Of a stretch of DNA of 64,000 bases, positions 39,834 to 49,990 are shown one piece after another. The DNA is from an uncultured delta proteobacterium (GTDB lineage Bacteria; Desulfobacterota; Desulfuromonadia; Desulfuromonadales; BM103). Location of the stretch: contig CAVQRZ010000001.1 in the NCBI GenBank assembly GCA_963715335.1, positions 192,001 through 256,000 on the forward strand. Direction: 5' to 3'. The translations under genes were made by a program, and so were the position numbers. The notes under the pieces are model-generated. The model did no database searches. It saw nothing but the letters and a program-made list of their open reading frames with translations, and was not told the DNA's origin. How positions within the stretch are numbered: the first letter of the stretch is position 1; each line of letters opens with the position of its first letter.

Positions 39834-40683
39834 ACTGCCGACAGATGCCCTGCTGGCACGTCTTCGCTGCCGTCGCGCGGCAGTCGACCTGGCCTCCGGG
39901 AGAGACCCCGGGGGCTCTCCGGGAGAGATCGTTGACTGGGTTTACCGGCGGCTCAACAGACAGCTGCGCAAACGTCTTGGCCCGTTCCTCGACCTGCTGG
40001 CCATGCGCAACCTGGTGCTGGTCCTGCGCTATCGCCTGGCTGAAGAAAACCCGCCGGCCTCGCTCCGGCAGAATGCCCTGCTCGCCAAACCGTTGCAGGA
40101 GTTGATCGCGGCAACGGACGCTGAGGCCACTATCGTCCGGCTCGAAGCGGCTCTCGAGAGAGATTATCCGTTTGTCGACGGACTGGCTGCAACCTGGCGC
40201 AGCCAAGGTCCCGGCGGAGTTGAACAACAACTTGCCAGCGGCATCCTGCAACACGGGCTGAACCGTTCGGGCAAGGGCATTGTCAACAGGATTTTAAGCT
40301 ACCAGATCGATATGCGTAATTGCCTGGTCGTCAAGAAGTACTGGCGCTGGCAAGTCAGCCAGACGCCTCAATTGACCGCCGGTGGCGCAATCCCCGTTGA
40401 ACGGCTGGACCGAATCTGGGCAACCCGTGACGAAGGCCGCCTGGCCGCACTGGTCGGAAAATTGGGCGGGATGCCGGTCCGCAATCTGGAGGCTGTCAAC
40501 GTCGAACAGAGCCTGATTAACGGCTTGACACGTCTCTTGCGACAGGCCGGGCGCGACCCGCTCGGGTTGGCCGTGATTATCGAATATCTCTGGAAAACCC
40601 AGCTTGCCGCACAGAACAGATTATTGCGGAGCGTCCTGGCCGATGATCGGCAAGAGTTGCTCGAGGAGGTCCTGATGCTATGA
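39802..40683 (+). CDS. ntpC: V/A-type ATPase subunit C (d)
   Basis: LLARLR, YQIDMRN, DPLGLAVIIEYLW; position between E and F. Confidence 0.7.
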   Translation: MQLLATTRPAELPTDALLARLRCRRAAVDLASGRDPGGSPGEIVDWVYRRLNRQLRKRLGPFLDLLAMRNLVLVLRYRLAEENPPASLRQNALLAKPLQELIAATDAEATIVRLEAALERDYPFVDGLAATWRSQGPGGVEQQLASGILQHGLNRSGKGIVNRILSYQIDMRNCLVVKKYWRWQVSQTPQLTAGGAIPVERLDRIWATRDEGRLAALVGKLGGMPVRNLEAVNVEQSLINGLTRLLRQAGRDPLGLAVIIEYLWKTQLAAQNRLLRSVLADDRQELLEEVLML

Positions 40684-41000
40684 AGGAGATCCTCTTCATG
40701 ACTCCGGAAGACAGTGCCCCCGGCTTTGCCCTGACCGGTGTCCGCCAGCAGGTTTTGAGCCCGGACCAGGCCCTGGAAAAAATCCAGAGGGCCTTTGCAG
40801 ATCCTGAGATAGGTGTGCTTGCTGCGGACAACCGGCTGCTGGAAAAAATTGATCCGGTCCGGTTGCGCGAGTTGACCGAGCGTTGGGCTGGCGTCCTGGT
40901 CACACTCCCGGCACCGGCCGGCCGGCGCGCGCCACCGGTTGACGAGCTTCAACGCCTGGTGCAGAGGGCTCTCGGCTACCATGTGAGGTTGCAAAAATGA
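40680..41000 (+). CDS. ntpF: V/A-type ATPase subunit F
   Basis: DSAPGFALTGV, LVQRALG. Confidence 0.85.
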   Translation: MKEILFMTPEDSAPGFALTGVRQQVLSPDQALEKIQRAFADPEIGVLAADNRLLEKIDPVRLRELTERWAGVLVTLPAPAGRRAPPVDELQRLVQRALGYHVRLQK

Positions 41001-42622
41001 ACGGCAAGGTCACCAGCATCAGCGGCGCAACGGTTTGCGTGGATCTGCCCGATCTGAAAATCGGTGACCGGGTGTTTGTCGGCATCAGCAAACTGACCGG
41101 TGAAGTGGTCCGTCTCGAAGGCGATATCGCCACGGTCCAGGTTTTCGAGGACAATCGCGGGCTCGGTATCGGTGAACCGGTCATGACCGCGCAAGGGCCC
41201 TTGACGGTGCGCCTTGGCCCGGGCCTGCTCGGCGGCGTGTTCGACGGGTTGCAACGCCCCCTGCACAAGCTGCAGGAAGACAGCGGCGATTTCATCTCCA
41301 GCGGGCAGGACCCTTTTCCGCTCGACTGTCGCCGGAGCTGGGATTTCCATTCCGAATGCTCGTCCGGCGTCGCCCTGAAAACCGGCGAGGTCTTCGGCAC
41401 GGTCCGGGAAGGCCATATCGATCATTTGCTGATGTCCCCGCAGGACGGCACGCTGGCGCGAATCAACACCGGAGAGCTGCAGCTCGAGCAACCGGCTGCG
41501 CACTTCGAAGACGGCCAGCCGCTACTCGGCTGGCACAGCTGGCCGGTGCGCAAGGCACGGCCGATCCGGCGTAAACTGCCACCGGCGACGCCATTGGTCA
41601 CGGGCCAGCGTTGCCTCGATTTTCTCTTCCCGATGCTCAAGGGTGGGATTTCTATCGTCCCGGGCGGATTCGGCACCGGCAAGACGGTGCTGGAACAGAC
41701 GATTGCCAAGTTCGCCGATGTTGACGTGGTCGTCTACGTCGGCTGCGGCGAGCGCGGCAACGAGATGGCCGGGCTGCTCGACGAATTCAGCGAGCTGCAG
41801 GACCCCCGCAGTGAACGGCCGCTGATGGAACGGACCATCATCGTTGCCAACACGTCGAACATGCCGGTCGCAGCGCGCGAGTCATCGATCTTTACCGCGG
41901 TGACCATGGCCGAGTATTACCGCGACATGGGCCTCGACGTGCTGTTTCTCGCCGACAGCCTGTCGCGCTGGGCCGAGGCGCTGCGTGAAATCTCCGCGGC
42001 TCTTGAAGAGATGCCGGGAGAGGATGGCTATCCGACTTATCTCGGCTCCCGGCTTTCCGGTTTTATCGAACGTGCCGGGGTGGTGGAAACGCTCAGCGGT
42101 GCCAGCGGTTCGTTGAGCATGATTCTCGCCGTGTCGCCACCCGGATCAGATTTCGCCGAGCCTGTCACCCAGGCCTGTCTGCGCGTCGCCGGCGCCCTTT
42201 ACATGCTCGACACGCAGCTTGCCCATCGCAGGCATTTCCCGGCAATCAACTGGAGTCAGAGTTATTCCCTGTACAGCGATACCGCCCTGGCCCATTTCAC
42301 CGAACAGCATGCAGAATGGGCCAAGCTGCAAAGTCGTTGTCGTGACATCCTGCAGCGGGAAGAGGCGTTGCGCGAGGTGGCGGAAGTGGTCGGTATGGAA
42401 GGGCTGCAGGATGCGGACCGCCTGCTGATGAGAACCGCAGAAAAGATCCGCCTCGAGTTCCTTTGTCAGAACAGCTTCACAGACGATGCCTACGCGACGC
42501 CGCAAAGCACTCTTGAGCAGATAGCCGCGCTGATTTCCGAACACGAGCGGCTCAAAGCAGGCCTCACCGAAGGGATTCTGCTCGATGAACTTCTCAGAGA
42601 GGACGACGATGCGCCTGGCTGA
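40997..42622 (+). CDS. ntpA: V/A-type ATPase catalytic subunit A
   Basis: PGGFGTGKTV, VGCGERGNEM, ANTSNMPVAARE, SRWAEALRE, PAINWSQSYS. Confidence 0.96.
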   Translation: MNGKVTSISGATVCVDLPDLKIGDRVFVGISKLTGEVVRLEGDIATVQVFEDNRGLGIGEPVMTAQGPLTVRLGPGLLGGVFDGLQRPLHKLQEDSGDFISSGQDPFPLDCRRSWDFHSECSSGVALKTGEVFGTVREGHIDHLLMSPQDGTLARINTGELQLEQPAAHFEDGQPLLGWHSWPVRKARPIRRKLPPATPLVTGQRCLDFLFPMLKGGISIVPGGFGTGKTVLEQTIAKFADVDVVVYVGCGERGNEMAGLLDEFSELQDPRSERPLMERTIIVANTSNMPVAARESSIFTAVTMAEYYRDMGLDVLFLADSLSRWAEALREISAALEEMPGEDGYPTYLGSRLSGFIERAGVVETLSGASGSLSMILAVSPPGSDFAEPVTQACLRVAGALYMLDTQLAHRRHFPAINWSQSYSLYSDTALAHFTEQHAEWAKLQSRCRDILQREEALREVAEVVGMEGLQDADRLLMRTAEKIRLEFLCQNSFTDDAYATPQSTLEQIAALISEHERLKAGLTEGILLDELLREDDDAPG

Positions 42623-43934
42623 ACATCAATACAGTTCGATCAGCGCGATCCGCGGGCCGCTGCTGTTCCTTCACCGGGTTTTTGCCGCCCGACTCGGCGA
42701 ACTGGTGCGCATTGAGACGCCGGACGGGCGGACCCTGGGCGGCGAAGTTCTGAAAATCTCCGGCGAGCAGGTGCTGATACAGGTCTTCGGCGGGACCCAG
42801 GGGCTGGATACGCACAACACCACGGTCAGCTTCACTGATGCGGTCATGCGCGTTCCGCTCGGCTCCGGCGTGCTCGGCAGGGTCTTCGACGGCTCATTCA
42901 GGCCACGCGACGGCCTGCCCATGTTCGTTCCGGAATTCCGCATGCCGGTGCTCGGCGCGCCGATCAATCCGGTGGCGCGTGCTCACCCGGTCGAGTTCAT
43001 CGAGACCGGATTTTCAACCATCGACGGTCTAAATACCCTGGTCAAGGGGCAGAAACTGCCGATCTTCTCATGCTCAGGCCTGCCGGCCAGGGAGATGACC
43101 GACCAGATCCTGCGCCAGGCCCGTCTGACCGATGGCGGCAGCTTCGTCCTGGTTTTCGTTGCGCTCGGTCTGACCCATTTCGAGTACCAATTCTATCAGC
43201 AGACCCTCGAGCACATGCAGAGCCGCTTCGTCGGCTTCATCAACCTCGCCGACGATCCGGTGGTCGAGCGCCTGCTGGCTCCCCGTCTGGCGCTGACTGT
43301 TGCCGAAGACCTGGCCTTCCGCCAGGAGATGGACGTGCTGGTGATCATCACCGACATGACCAACTACTGCGACGCATTGCGTGAAATTTCCACCGCCCGC
43401 GAAGAACTCCCCGGCCGGCGCGGTTATCCCGGTCATATGTACTCCGACCTGGCTTCCCTTTATGAACGGGCCGGGCGCATCCACAACCGCAAAGGTTCGG
43501 TCACCCTGCTGCCGACCGTGACCATGCCCGAAGACGACATCACCCATCCGATCCCCGACCTGACGGGCTACATCACCGAAGGCCAGATCGTCCTCTCCCG
43601 GGAACTCCACCAGAAGGGGATTTATCCACCGGTGGATGTGCTGCCGAGCCTGTCCCGCCTGATGCAGCACGGCATCGGCAAGGGACAGACCCGCAACGAC
43701 CACCGCGACCTGGCCAATCACCTTTACCGCACTTACGCCAAAGGCTGCGACCTGCGCCGCCTCGAAGCAGTCGTCGGCCGCGATGGCATGCTGGCCGATG
43801 ACCGCAGACTGCTTGATTTTGCCGACCGTTTCGAAACCGATTTCGTTCATCAGGGGAAGCTACGCCGGACCATCGACGAGACCCTGGATACCGCGCAGAA
43901 GCTGATAGACGAGTTCCGGGAGGTGGCGCGATGA
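42609..43934 (+). CDS. ntpB: V/A-type ATPase subunit B
   Basis: GQKLPIFS, TDMTNYCDALRE, PGRRGYPG, DDITHPIPDLTGYITEGQ. Confidence 0.96.
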   Translation: MRLAEHQYSSISAIRGPLLFLHRVFAARLGELVRIETPDGRTLGGEVLKISGEQVLIQVFGGTQGLDTHNTTVSFTDAVMRVPLGSGVLGRVFDGSFRPRDGLPMFVPEFRMPVLGAPINPVARAHPVEFIETGFSTIDGLNTLVKGQKLPIFSCSGLPAREMTDQILRQARLTDGGSFVLVFVALGLTHFEYQFYQQTLEHMQSRFVGFINLADDPVVERLLAPRLALTVAEDLAFRQEMDVLVIITDMTNYCDALREISTAREELPGRRGYPGHMYSDLASLYERAGRIHNRKGSVTLLPTVTMPEDDITHPIPDLTGYITEGQIVLSRELHQKGIYPPVDVLPSLSRLMQHGIGKGQTRNDHRDLANHLYRTYAKGCDLRRLEAVVGRDGMLADDRRLLDFADRFETDFVHQGKLRRTIDETLDTAQKLIDEFREVAR

Positions 43935-44563
43935 TCCAGCCGACCAGGACCAACCTGCTGCAGTTGAAAGATCGTATGCGCGCCGTCGTCAACTGCACGA
44001 CGATCCTCAAGGGACGACGCCAGGCACTGATCAAAGAGTTTCTCAAAATCACCAGACCGCTCATAAAGTCACGGGAGGAACTCAGCCTGGCCTATGCGCG
44101 CGCCATTGATGCCCTGTACATCAGCAAGGCCCGCGAAGGACCGACTGCCGTCGATGCTCTGGCTGTCGCCAATCGGCGCGAAATCGCTGTCGAAGTTGCC
44201 GAGGGGAACCTGCTCGGCCTGCGCTTTCGCGACCTGACCAGGCATGAAACGGTTGCCCGCAGTTTCGAAGAACGCCCTTACGACATGCTCGGCAGCTCAC
44301 CCTGGCTTGACGAAGCGATCGAGGAATTTGAAGGAATCGTTGAGGAGATGCTGTCGCTGGCTAATTTTGAAGGGAAGTTCCGGCGCCTGGCCGAAGAGCT
44401 GGTGCGTCTGACGCGGCGGATCCGGATTCTCGAAGAGCGGATCGCGCCTCAACTGCAAGAGGACATCCATACCATGGCCCAGTACCTGGCCGAACGGGAA
44501 CGCGAGACTTTTTTCCGGCTGAAGCGTTTCAAAACTTACTCAGAGCGCCACGCCGGACGGTAA
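43931..44563 (+). CDS. ntpD: V/A-type ATPase subunit D
   Basis: PTRTNL, TRRIRILE, ERERETFFRLKRFK. Confidence 0.92.
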   Translation: MIQPTRTNLLQLKDRMRAVVNCTTILKGRRQALIKEFLKITRPLIKSREELSLAYARAIDALYISKAREGPTAVDALAVANRREIAVEVAEGNLLGLRFRDLTRHETVARSFEERPYDMLGSSPWLDEAIEEFEGIVEEMLSLANFEGKFRRLAEELVRLTRRIRILEERIAPQLQEDIHTMAQYLAERERETFFRLKRFKTYSERHAGR

Positions 44564-44590
44564 GCGCCGCACCGTTACCTTGCCCGCTAC

Positions 44591-45112
44591 TCAGCCGATC
44601 GGGCCAACCGGTACGTTGCCGACCATGATCTCCCGGTCGATGGTCGTCTGCAGGTAATTCTTCTGCTCAACCAGCTTGGTGACGACATTGCCTTCACCGA
44701 GAATGATCAGCGATTTTTCAAAGTCCTTCCCCCAGTTGCTGTCTGCCAGGTCCGGTTCGAAACAGACGATCCTGCCGATGCCTGCCTGGACGATCGCCTT
44801 GGCGCACTCGATGCAGGGATACCAGGGCACGTAGATCGTGCAACCCTTGGTTGAGACTCCCAGCAGAGCAGCATTGTAGATCGCATTGCGTTCCGCGTGC
44901 GAGACCCAAAGATATTTTTCGCCCGAGAGCGCATCGTGACGCTCCTCAACATCATCGTTCACCCCGCGGGGGATGCCATTGAACCCGGTTGAGCGGATTT
45001 CGTTGTCGGGCCCGACGATGACCGCGCCGACTTTTCTGCCGCGATCCTTGCTCCAGGTTGCTATGAGTTGGGCCAGGGCCATCCAGCGATTGTCCCAATT
45101 GGTGCTCGCCAT
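44591..45112 (-). CDS. dCMP deaminase (ComEB family)
   Basis: KVGAVIV, TGFNG, HAERNAI, PCIECAK zinc deaminase motifs. Confidence 0.92.
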   Translation of the reverse strand: MASTNWDNRWMALAQLIATWSKDRGRKVGAVIVGPDNEIRSTGFNGIPRGVNDDVEERHDALSGEKYLWVSHAERNAIYNAALLGVSTKGCTIYVPWYPCIECAKAIVQAGIGRIVCFEPDLADSNWGKDFEKSLIILGEGNVVTKLVEQKNYLQTTIDREIMVGNVPVGPIG

Positions 45113-45161
45113 CTTCTTCTCCTCGGACGGCCAGGGCCTGACCGCTACAGGGATCCCTGCG

Positions 45162-45851
45162 TCAGCTGCACTTGGAGTCGCCGCAGTTCAGGCAGGTCAG
45201 ACAGCCATCCATGATAATGACGGCTTTGTTGAAGCACTTGCCGCACATCTTGGCATCCGCAGGAAAGGAGGCATCTTGTTCAGGCTGCGGCTGTCCCTTG
45301 AGAATCGCGTACTCAGCGCGCTTGGCCTGCAGCATTTCCCGGTGGGCTTCAGGCATCTGCTTTTCCTCGAGCAGCCCGATCATCCTCATGTGCCTTTCGA
45401 GGACATAGCCGATCTCGGCAACGATCGACGGCATAAAGCCTCCGCCCCCCGGTTTGAAGTAACCGCCCTGGGGATCGAAGACCGCCTTCATCTCATCGAC
45501 CAGGAAGGTGACGTCACCGCCTTTGCGAAACACTGCCGACATGACCCGGGTCAACGCCACGACCCACTGGAAGTGATCGAGGTTCTTCGAGTTGATGAAG
45601 ATCTCGAAAGGCCTGCGGATCTCGTTTTGCGTACCATAATTGAGCACCATATCGTTGATGGTGACATACAGGGCATGCTCGCTCTGCGGGGTCTTGATTT
45701 TATAGGTGGCGCCGACCAGCATTTCCGGGCGTTCGACATGCTCGTGCATGTCCTCGATCTTGTCCTGCTCAGCCTGCGCCGCCTTGGCTCTCTGTTCCTG
45801 GAGGTTAATGACCTCGTAGGAAACGATCTTCTTATCAATGGGATTCGACAT
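45162..45851 (-). CDS. nrdJb: Class II ribonucleotide reductase C-terminal subunit
   Basis: RPEMLVGATYKIKTP, RPFEIFINSK, C-terminal CGKC...GCLTCLNCGDSKC. Confidence 0.92.
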   Translation of the reverse strand: MSNPIDKKIVSYEVINLQEQRAKAAQAEQDKIEDMHEHVERPEMLVGATYKIKTPQSEHALYVTINDMVLNYGTQNEIRRPFEIFINSKNLDHFQWVVALTRVMSAVFRKGGDVTFLVDEMKAVFDPQGGYFKPGGGGFMPSIVAEIGYVLERHMRMIGLLEEKQMPEAHREMLQAKRAEYAILKGQPQPEQDASFPADAKMCGKCFNKAVIIMDGCLTCLNCGDSKCS

Positions 45852-45865
45852 TTTTTCAGTCCTTG

Positions 45866-48016
45866 TTACAGTTTGCCGTAGTAGCCCTCCTTGAGGGCGT
45901 CGAACAGATTGGCCGCGGTGTGGGTCTCGTTGTCGTATTCAACTTCCTGGTTGCCGCGGAATTCGACCACAGAGCCGTCTTCCAAGGTAAAGCGATAGAG
46001 TGTCTCCGCCAGGTCTTTTTCCTGGACCAGGACCCCCTGGAAAGCTTCCGGGTTGTAACGGAAAGTCGTGCAGCCTTTCAAACCCTGCTCGTAGGCGTAC
46101 AGGTAGATATCCTGGAAATCCGCATAGGGGAAATCACTCGGCACATTGGCGGTCTTGGAAATCGAGGAATCGATCCACTTCTGGGCCGCGGCCTGGATAT
46201 CCACATGCTGTTTCGGCTTGATGTCGTCCGTGGTGATAAAGTTGCCGGGCAGCTGCCGGTTCGGATCCTTGCTGCCTGGCATGGCCTGCGGATTGACCAG
46301 CTCCCGGTAAGCCAGCAGTTCATAGGAGAAGACGTCGATTTTCTCCTTGCTCTTCCTGCCGGGACGGATCAGGTTGCGAGAGTAGTGGTGCGCGAAACTC
46401 GGCTCAATACCGTTGGAAGCATTGTTGGCGATTGACAGCGAGATGGTTCCGGTCGGTGCGATCGAACTGTGATGAGTGAAGCGCGCGCCAACGTCGGCCA
46501 GCTCTGCCACCAGTTCCGGCGCTTTTTGCGCCAGCTGCTGCATGTAGCGGCTGTAGCGGGAATGCAGGACGCGACCGGGGACCAGGTCACCCACCTTGAT
46601 GCCGTCGGCGGCCATCTCCGGCCGCTTGCGCAGCATTTCTGCAGTGACCGTATATTCCTCGACCAGCGCCGGGGCCGGGCCTTTTTCGCGGGACAGGTCA
46701 AGAGCTTGTTGCCAGCCGGCGAGTGCCATCTGCAAGGTGACTTCCTCGGTGAACGCGATTGACTCAGCGTCGCCGTATTTCATGCCGAGCAGGGAAATCG
46801 CCGAACCGAGACCAAGGTAACCCATGCCATGGCGGCGCTTGCCGTAGATTTCGCTGCGCTGTTGCTCGAGGGGCAGGCCGTTGATCTCCACCACGTTATC
46901 GAGCATGCGGGTGAAGACCGCGACCACTTCGCGAAAACGCTCCCAGTTGAAACAGACCTCGGCGGTAAAGGGATGCTCGACAAAGCGGGTCAGGTTGATC
47001 GAACCGAGCAGGCAGGAGCCATAAGGTGGCAACGGCTGCTCGCCGCACGGGTTGGTGGCGCGGATTTCCTCGCAGAACCAGTTGTTGTTCATCTCGTTGA
47101 CCTTGTCGATCAGGATGAAGCCCGGTTCGGCGAAGTCATAAGTGGAAGCCATGATCACGTTCCACAACTGCTTGGCGCGGATGGTGCGATAAATCCTGCA
47201 GGCCACCTGGCCGACCTCGTTCTGGATGTAATCTTCTTTAACCGGCCAGTCCTTCCAGAGAATCCGGGTCGAATCTTTCAGGTCCAGCCCGTCACGCTCC
47301 CGCTCCTTTTCGGTCAGGGGGAAGCAGAGCGGCCAGTCAGCGTCCTGTTTGACCGCCTCGACGAATTCATCGGTAATCAGCAGAGACAGGTTGAACTGAC
47401 GCAGGCGTCCATCTTCCCGCTTGGCCTTGATGAATTCGAGCACGTCCGGATGGGAAATATCGAAGGTCGCCATTTGCGCGCCGCGCCGACCACCGGCCGA
47501 AGCAACCGTGCGACACATGCTGTCGTAGATGTCCATGAATGACAGCGGACCAGAGGTGTTGGCCCCGGCGCCGTTGACAAAGGCGTTGCGCGGCCGCAGG
47601 GTCGAGAAATCATAGCCAATACCGCAGCCCGCCTTCAAGGTCAGGCCGGCCTCGTGCACTTTGGCCAGGATTTCGTTCATCGAGTCGCCAACCGTAGCGG
47701 AAACCGTGCAGTTGATGGTCGAGGTCGCCGGCTTGTGTTCGAGCGCTCCGGCGTTGGAGGTAATCCGGCCAGCCGGAATCGCTCCGTTCTCCAACGCCCA
47801 CAGGAACCGCCCGAACCAGTGGCGTTGCTGTTTCTCGTCTGTCTCAACGCCCGCCAGCGCTCTGGCAACTCGTTCATAGGTTGCGTGCAGATCTGCATCA
47901 ACCGGCTTCCCCGTCGCATCCTTGAGCCGGTACTTGCTGTCCCAGATCTCCCTGGAGGCCTCCTGCCAGGGGATCTCCGTCGGCTCGGCCGCTATCTTGA
48001 TCACGTTTCCTTCCAT
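45866..48016 (-). CDS. nrdJa: Adenosylcobalamin-dependent (class II) ribonucleotide reductase
   Basis: STINC, GGRRGAQM, ATNPCGEQPL, CLLGSINL, IAPTGTIS, DSSISKT. Confidence 0.95.
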   Translation of the reverse strand: MEGNVIKIAAEPTEIPWQEASREIWDSKYRLKDATGKPVDADLHATYERVARALAGVETDEKQQRHWFGRFLWALENGAIPAGRITSNAGALEHKPATSTINCTVSATVGDSMNEILAKVHEAGLTLKAGCGIGYDFSTLRPRNAFVNGAGANTSGPLSFMDIYDSMCRTVASAGGRRGAQMATFDISHPDVLEFIKAKREDGRLRQFNLSLLITDEFVEAVKQDADWPLCFPLTEKERERDGLDLKDSTRILWKDWPVKEDYIQNEVGQVACRIYRTIRAKQLWNVIMASTYDFAEPGFILIDKVNEMNNNWFCEEIRATNPCGEQPLPPYGSCLLGSINLTRFVEHPFTAEVCFNWERFREVVAVFTRMLDNVVEINGLPLEQQRSEIYGKRRHGMGYLGLGSAISLLGMKYGDAESIAFTEEVTLQMALAGWQQALDLSREKGPAPALVEEYTVTAEMLRKRPEMAADGIKVGDLVPGRVLHSRYSRYMQQLAQKAPELVAELADVGARFTHHSSIAPTGTISLSIANNASNGIEPSFAHHYSRNLIRPGRKSKEKIDVFSYELLAYRELVNPQAMPGSKDPNRQLPGNFITTDDIKPKQHVDIQAAAQKWIDSSISKTANVPSDFPYADFQDIYLYAYEQGLKGCTTFRYNPEAFQGVLVQEKDLAETLYRFTLEDGSVVEFRGNQEVEYDNETHTAANLFDALKEGYYGKL

Positions 48017-48110
48017 CAATCCGTATCCTTTTGCGTCCTCTTAATAGGCCTGGTCCGGACAGAACACAAAAGCATGTCCCAATATCCGGAAGACCCCGCA
48101 TAACAGAAAA

Positions 48111-48157
48111 CTACTATATATTGTAGGGTCATGACTATACCCTACAATATCTGGGCC
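48111..48157. promoter_or_regulatory. Tandem NrdR boxes
   Basis: CTACTATATATTGTAG (48111-48126) and CTACAATATCTGGGCC (48142-48157), 31 bp apart, about 100 bp upstream of nrdJa. Confidence 0.8.
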
Positions 48158-48344
48158 TGCAAACCGAAAAATTAGCCGAACATTCAAAATTTTGGCAAAC
48201 CGCTCAAACCACAGCATTTTTTTGATTTATCAATTATGCCGGGAGGGGGGTACCGGCAATCCCCGGTTGAGAGAGTGAACATCATCATGCTGGCAGGTGC
48301 GGATTGGCGGGAAACCGGCTGGGGACGGGGCGTCGGACAGGAAC

Positions 48345-49595
48345 TCAGGTCGAGGGGGCCGATATTCTGACCGGAGCCGCCCGCTCCGACCATTTTTGCC
48401 ACACCTTCTTGTAAGGGATGGTGCGAAAATCGAGACTCATCCTTTCCTTTCTCTCGCCTGGCTCAAAGCCCTGCTCGAGGACTGCCGCCTCGATGGCCGG
48501 CATATGCATCGCTCCCCAGGGGATGATGATTGTTTCATAACGCTGCAAGGCCTTTGACAAGCTGATGATTACTGCATCGTTGCGCTTGTCGAGAATATCC
48601 GTCATGACAACGGTGACCCGTTCCGGGGTCATGTTTTCATCTGCCCAGGTGGTATATTCGGCGAAAACTTGGGCCACTGGCTTGCCGCTGAACAGGGTCC
48701 GGCCGATCGCGTTGAGGAATTCGATCGTCTGCGGATCGAAACGGCTCAGGTCTATATCGGCCCAGGCGATATCCGGTTTATCCCGACCCCCTTGCGCAGC
48801 CTGGTCCGGATCATCCAGGTCAACCAGGTTGCCATCGATCTGCATCTTATCCTGGGAGCTTAGCCCGATGACCCCCGCCAGCTTGCTATAGTTGAAATTG
48901 TGCTCCAGCAACCGGTCCCGATCTGTCACCCCCTCAGTGAGAATAACTGTCGCATCGGTCGAAATTGAATCGGCCAGGTCTGCGTAGTACTCCTCCTTGC
49001 CGATATGTATCATCCCCGCCAGGCGAATCTCTTTGGACTCGCGATGGTAGCTGCGCTCGGCCATATAGATGCCAACCGGGCTGAGACGAAGGAAACCGGC
49101 CGTCCGCTCCTCAAGATAGTTACCGGCCAGAGCCAGGCAGCCATAAAGCATTACCAAGGGCGTCAAAAGCAGGTTAATCCCCGTGAAGCCCAGGGTATTG
49201 CTCAGGCTGAAGGGGTTGGTCTGGAAGAGCTCTTGCGGCAGCAGAACCCGGCCACGGAGGAGCGCAATGGCAAGTAGCCCGGTTGCCGCCTGGCCGATGG
49301 CAGCGAGCAACGGCAGCGACGCGCGGTCGATCACACCGGAGAGTGGCCACATCGCCACGGTGCACCAGGCAATGTAAAGGGTCATCGGTAAAAAAACCCG
49401 CTTGGGCAGACGCCGGTCTATCCCCAGGCAGACGTAAACCACCATGCTCAAGGCGATCGTCACAAATGCGACCAGCAGGCGCCCACTGGTGAAAAGAGGG
49501 TAGGGCGACCCGACGACAACAAGGAGTTCATCGACCAGTGAGAGACCGGCATCGATCAGGAAGATAATCAGGTAAAAATTGGCAAAGCGATGCAC
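48345..49595 (-). CDS. Hypothetical membrane protein with C-terminal TraB/GumN-like soluble domain
   Basis: About five N-terminal TM helices; LAGMIHIG, ILTEGV, RN and PWGAMHM motifs. Confidence 0.6.
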   Translation of the reverse strand: MHRFANFYLIIFLIDAGLSLVDELLVVVGSPYPLFTSGRLLVAFVTIALSMVVYVCLGIDRRLPKRVFLPMTLYIAWCTVAMWPLSGVIDRASLPLLAAIGQAATGLLAIALLRGRVLLPQELFQTNPFSLSNTLGFTGINLLLTPLVMLYGCLALAGNYLEERTAGFLRLSPVGIYMAERSYHRESKEIRLAGMIHIGKEEYYADLADSISTDATVILTEGVTDRDRLLEHNFNYSKLAGVIGLSSQDKMQIDGNLVDLDDPDQAAQGGRDKPDIAWADIDLSRFDPQTIEFLNAIGRTLFSGKPVAQVFAEYTTWADENMTPERVTVVMTDILDKRNDAVIISLSKALQRYETIIIPWGAMHMPAIEAAVLEQGFEPGERKERMSLDFRTIPYKKVWQKWSERAAPVRISAPST

Positions 49596-49721
49596 AATAA
49601 ACTCCTTGCTGCGGAAGAAAAGCGATGCCCATTCTAGACTTTTTTAGCTGGCAAATGAACAAAAAGGTCGTCGGCAGGGTATATTGGGAAGACATATACC
49701 CATCAACGAATGGAGGGTTAC

Positions 49722-49964
49722 ATGAGCTTGGAGCTTTTGCGGGGTACGCTGGCATGGAGCGCGGTACTGAATATGGGTATCCTGCTCTGGTGGTTTCTCT
49801 TTCTCACCTTCGCCCACGACTGGGTCTACAGGGTACACAGCAGATTCTACAAGATTCCGGTCGAACACTTCACAACCATCCACTACGCCGGGATGACATT
49901 CTACAAGATCTGTATCTTCACCTTTTTTATCGTCCCCTACCTGGCGTTGCGGATCATGTCCTGA
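49722..49964 (+). CDS. Small two-helix membrane protein of unknown function
   Basis: GGAGG RBS; HDWVYRVHSRFY, FFIVPYLAL. Confidence 0.7.
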   Translation: MSLELLRGTLAWSAVLNMGILLWWFLFLTFAHDWVYRVHSRFYKIPVEHFTTIHYAGMTFYKICIFTFFIVPYLALRIMS

Positions 49965-49990
49965 CCACCATAAATATGGGGGAGGCGAGC

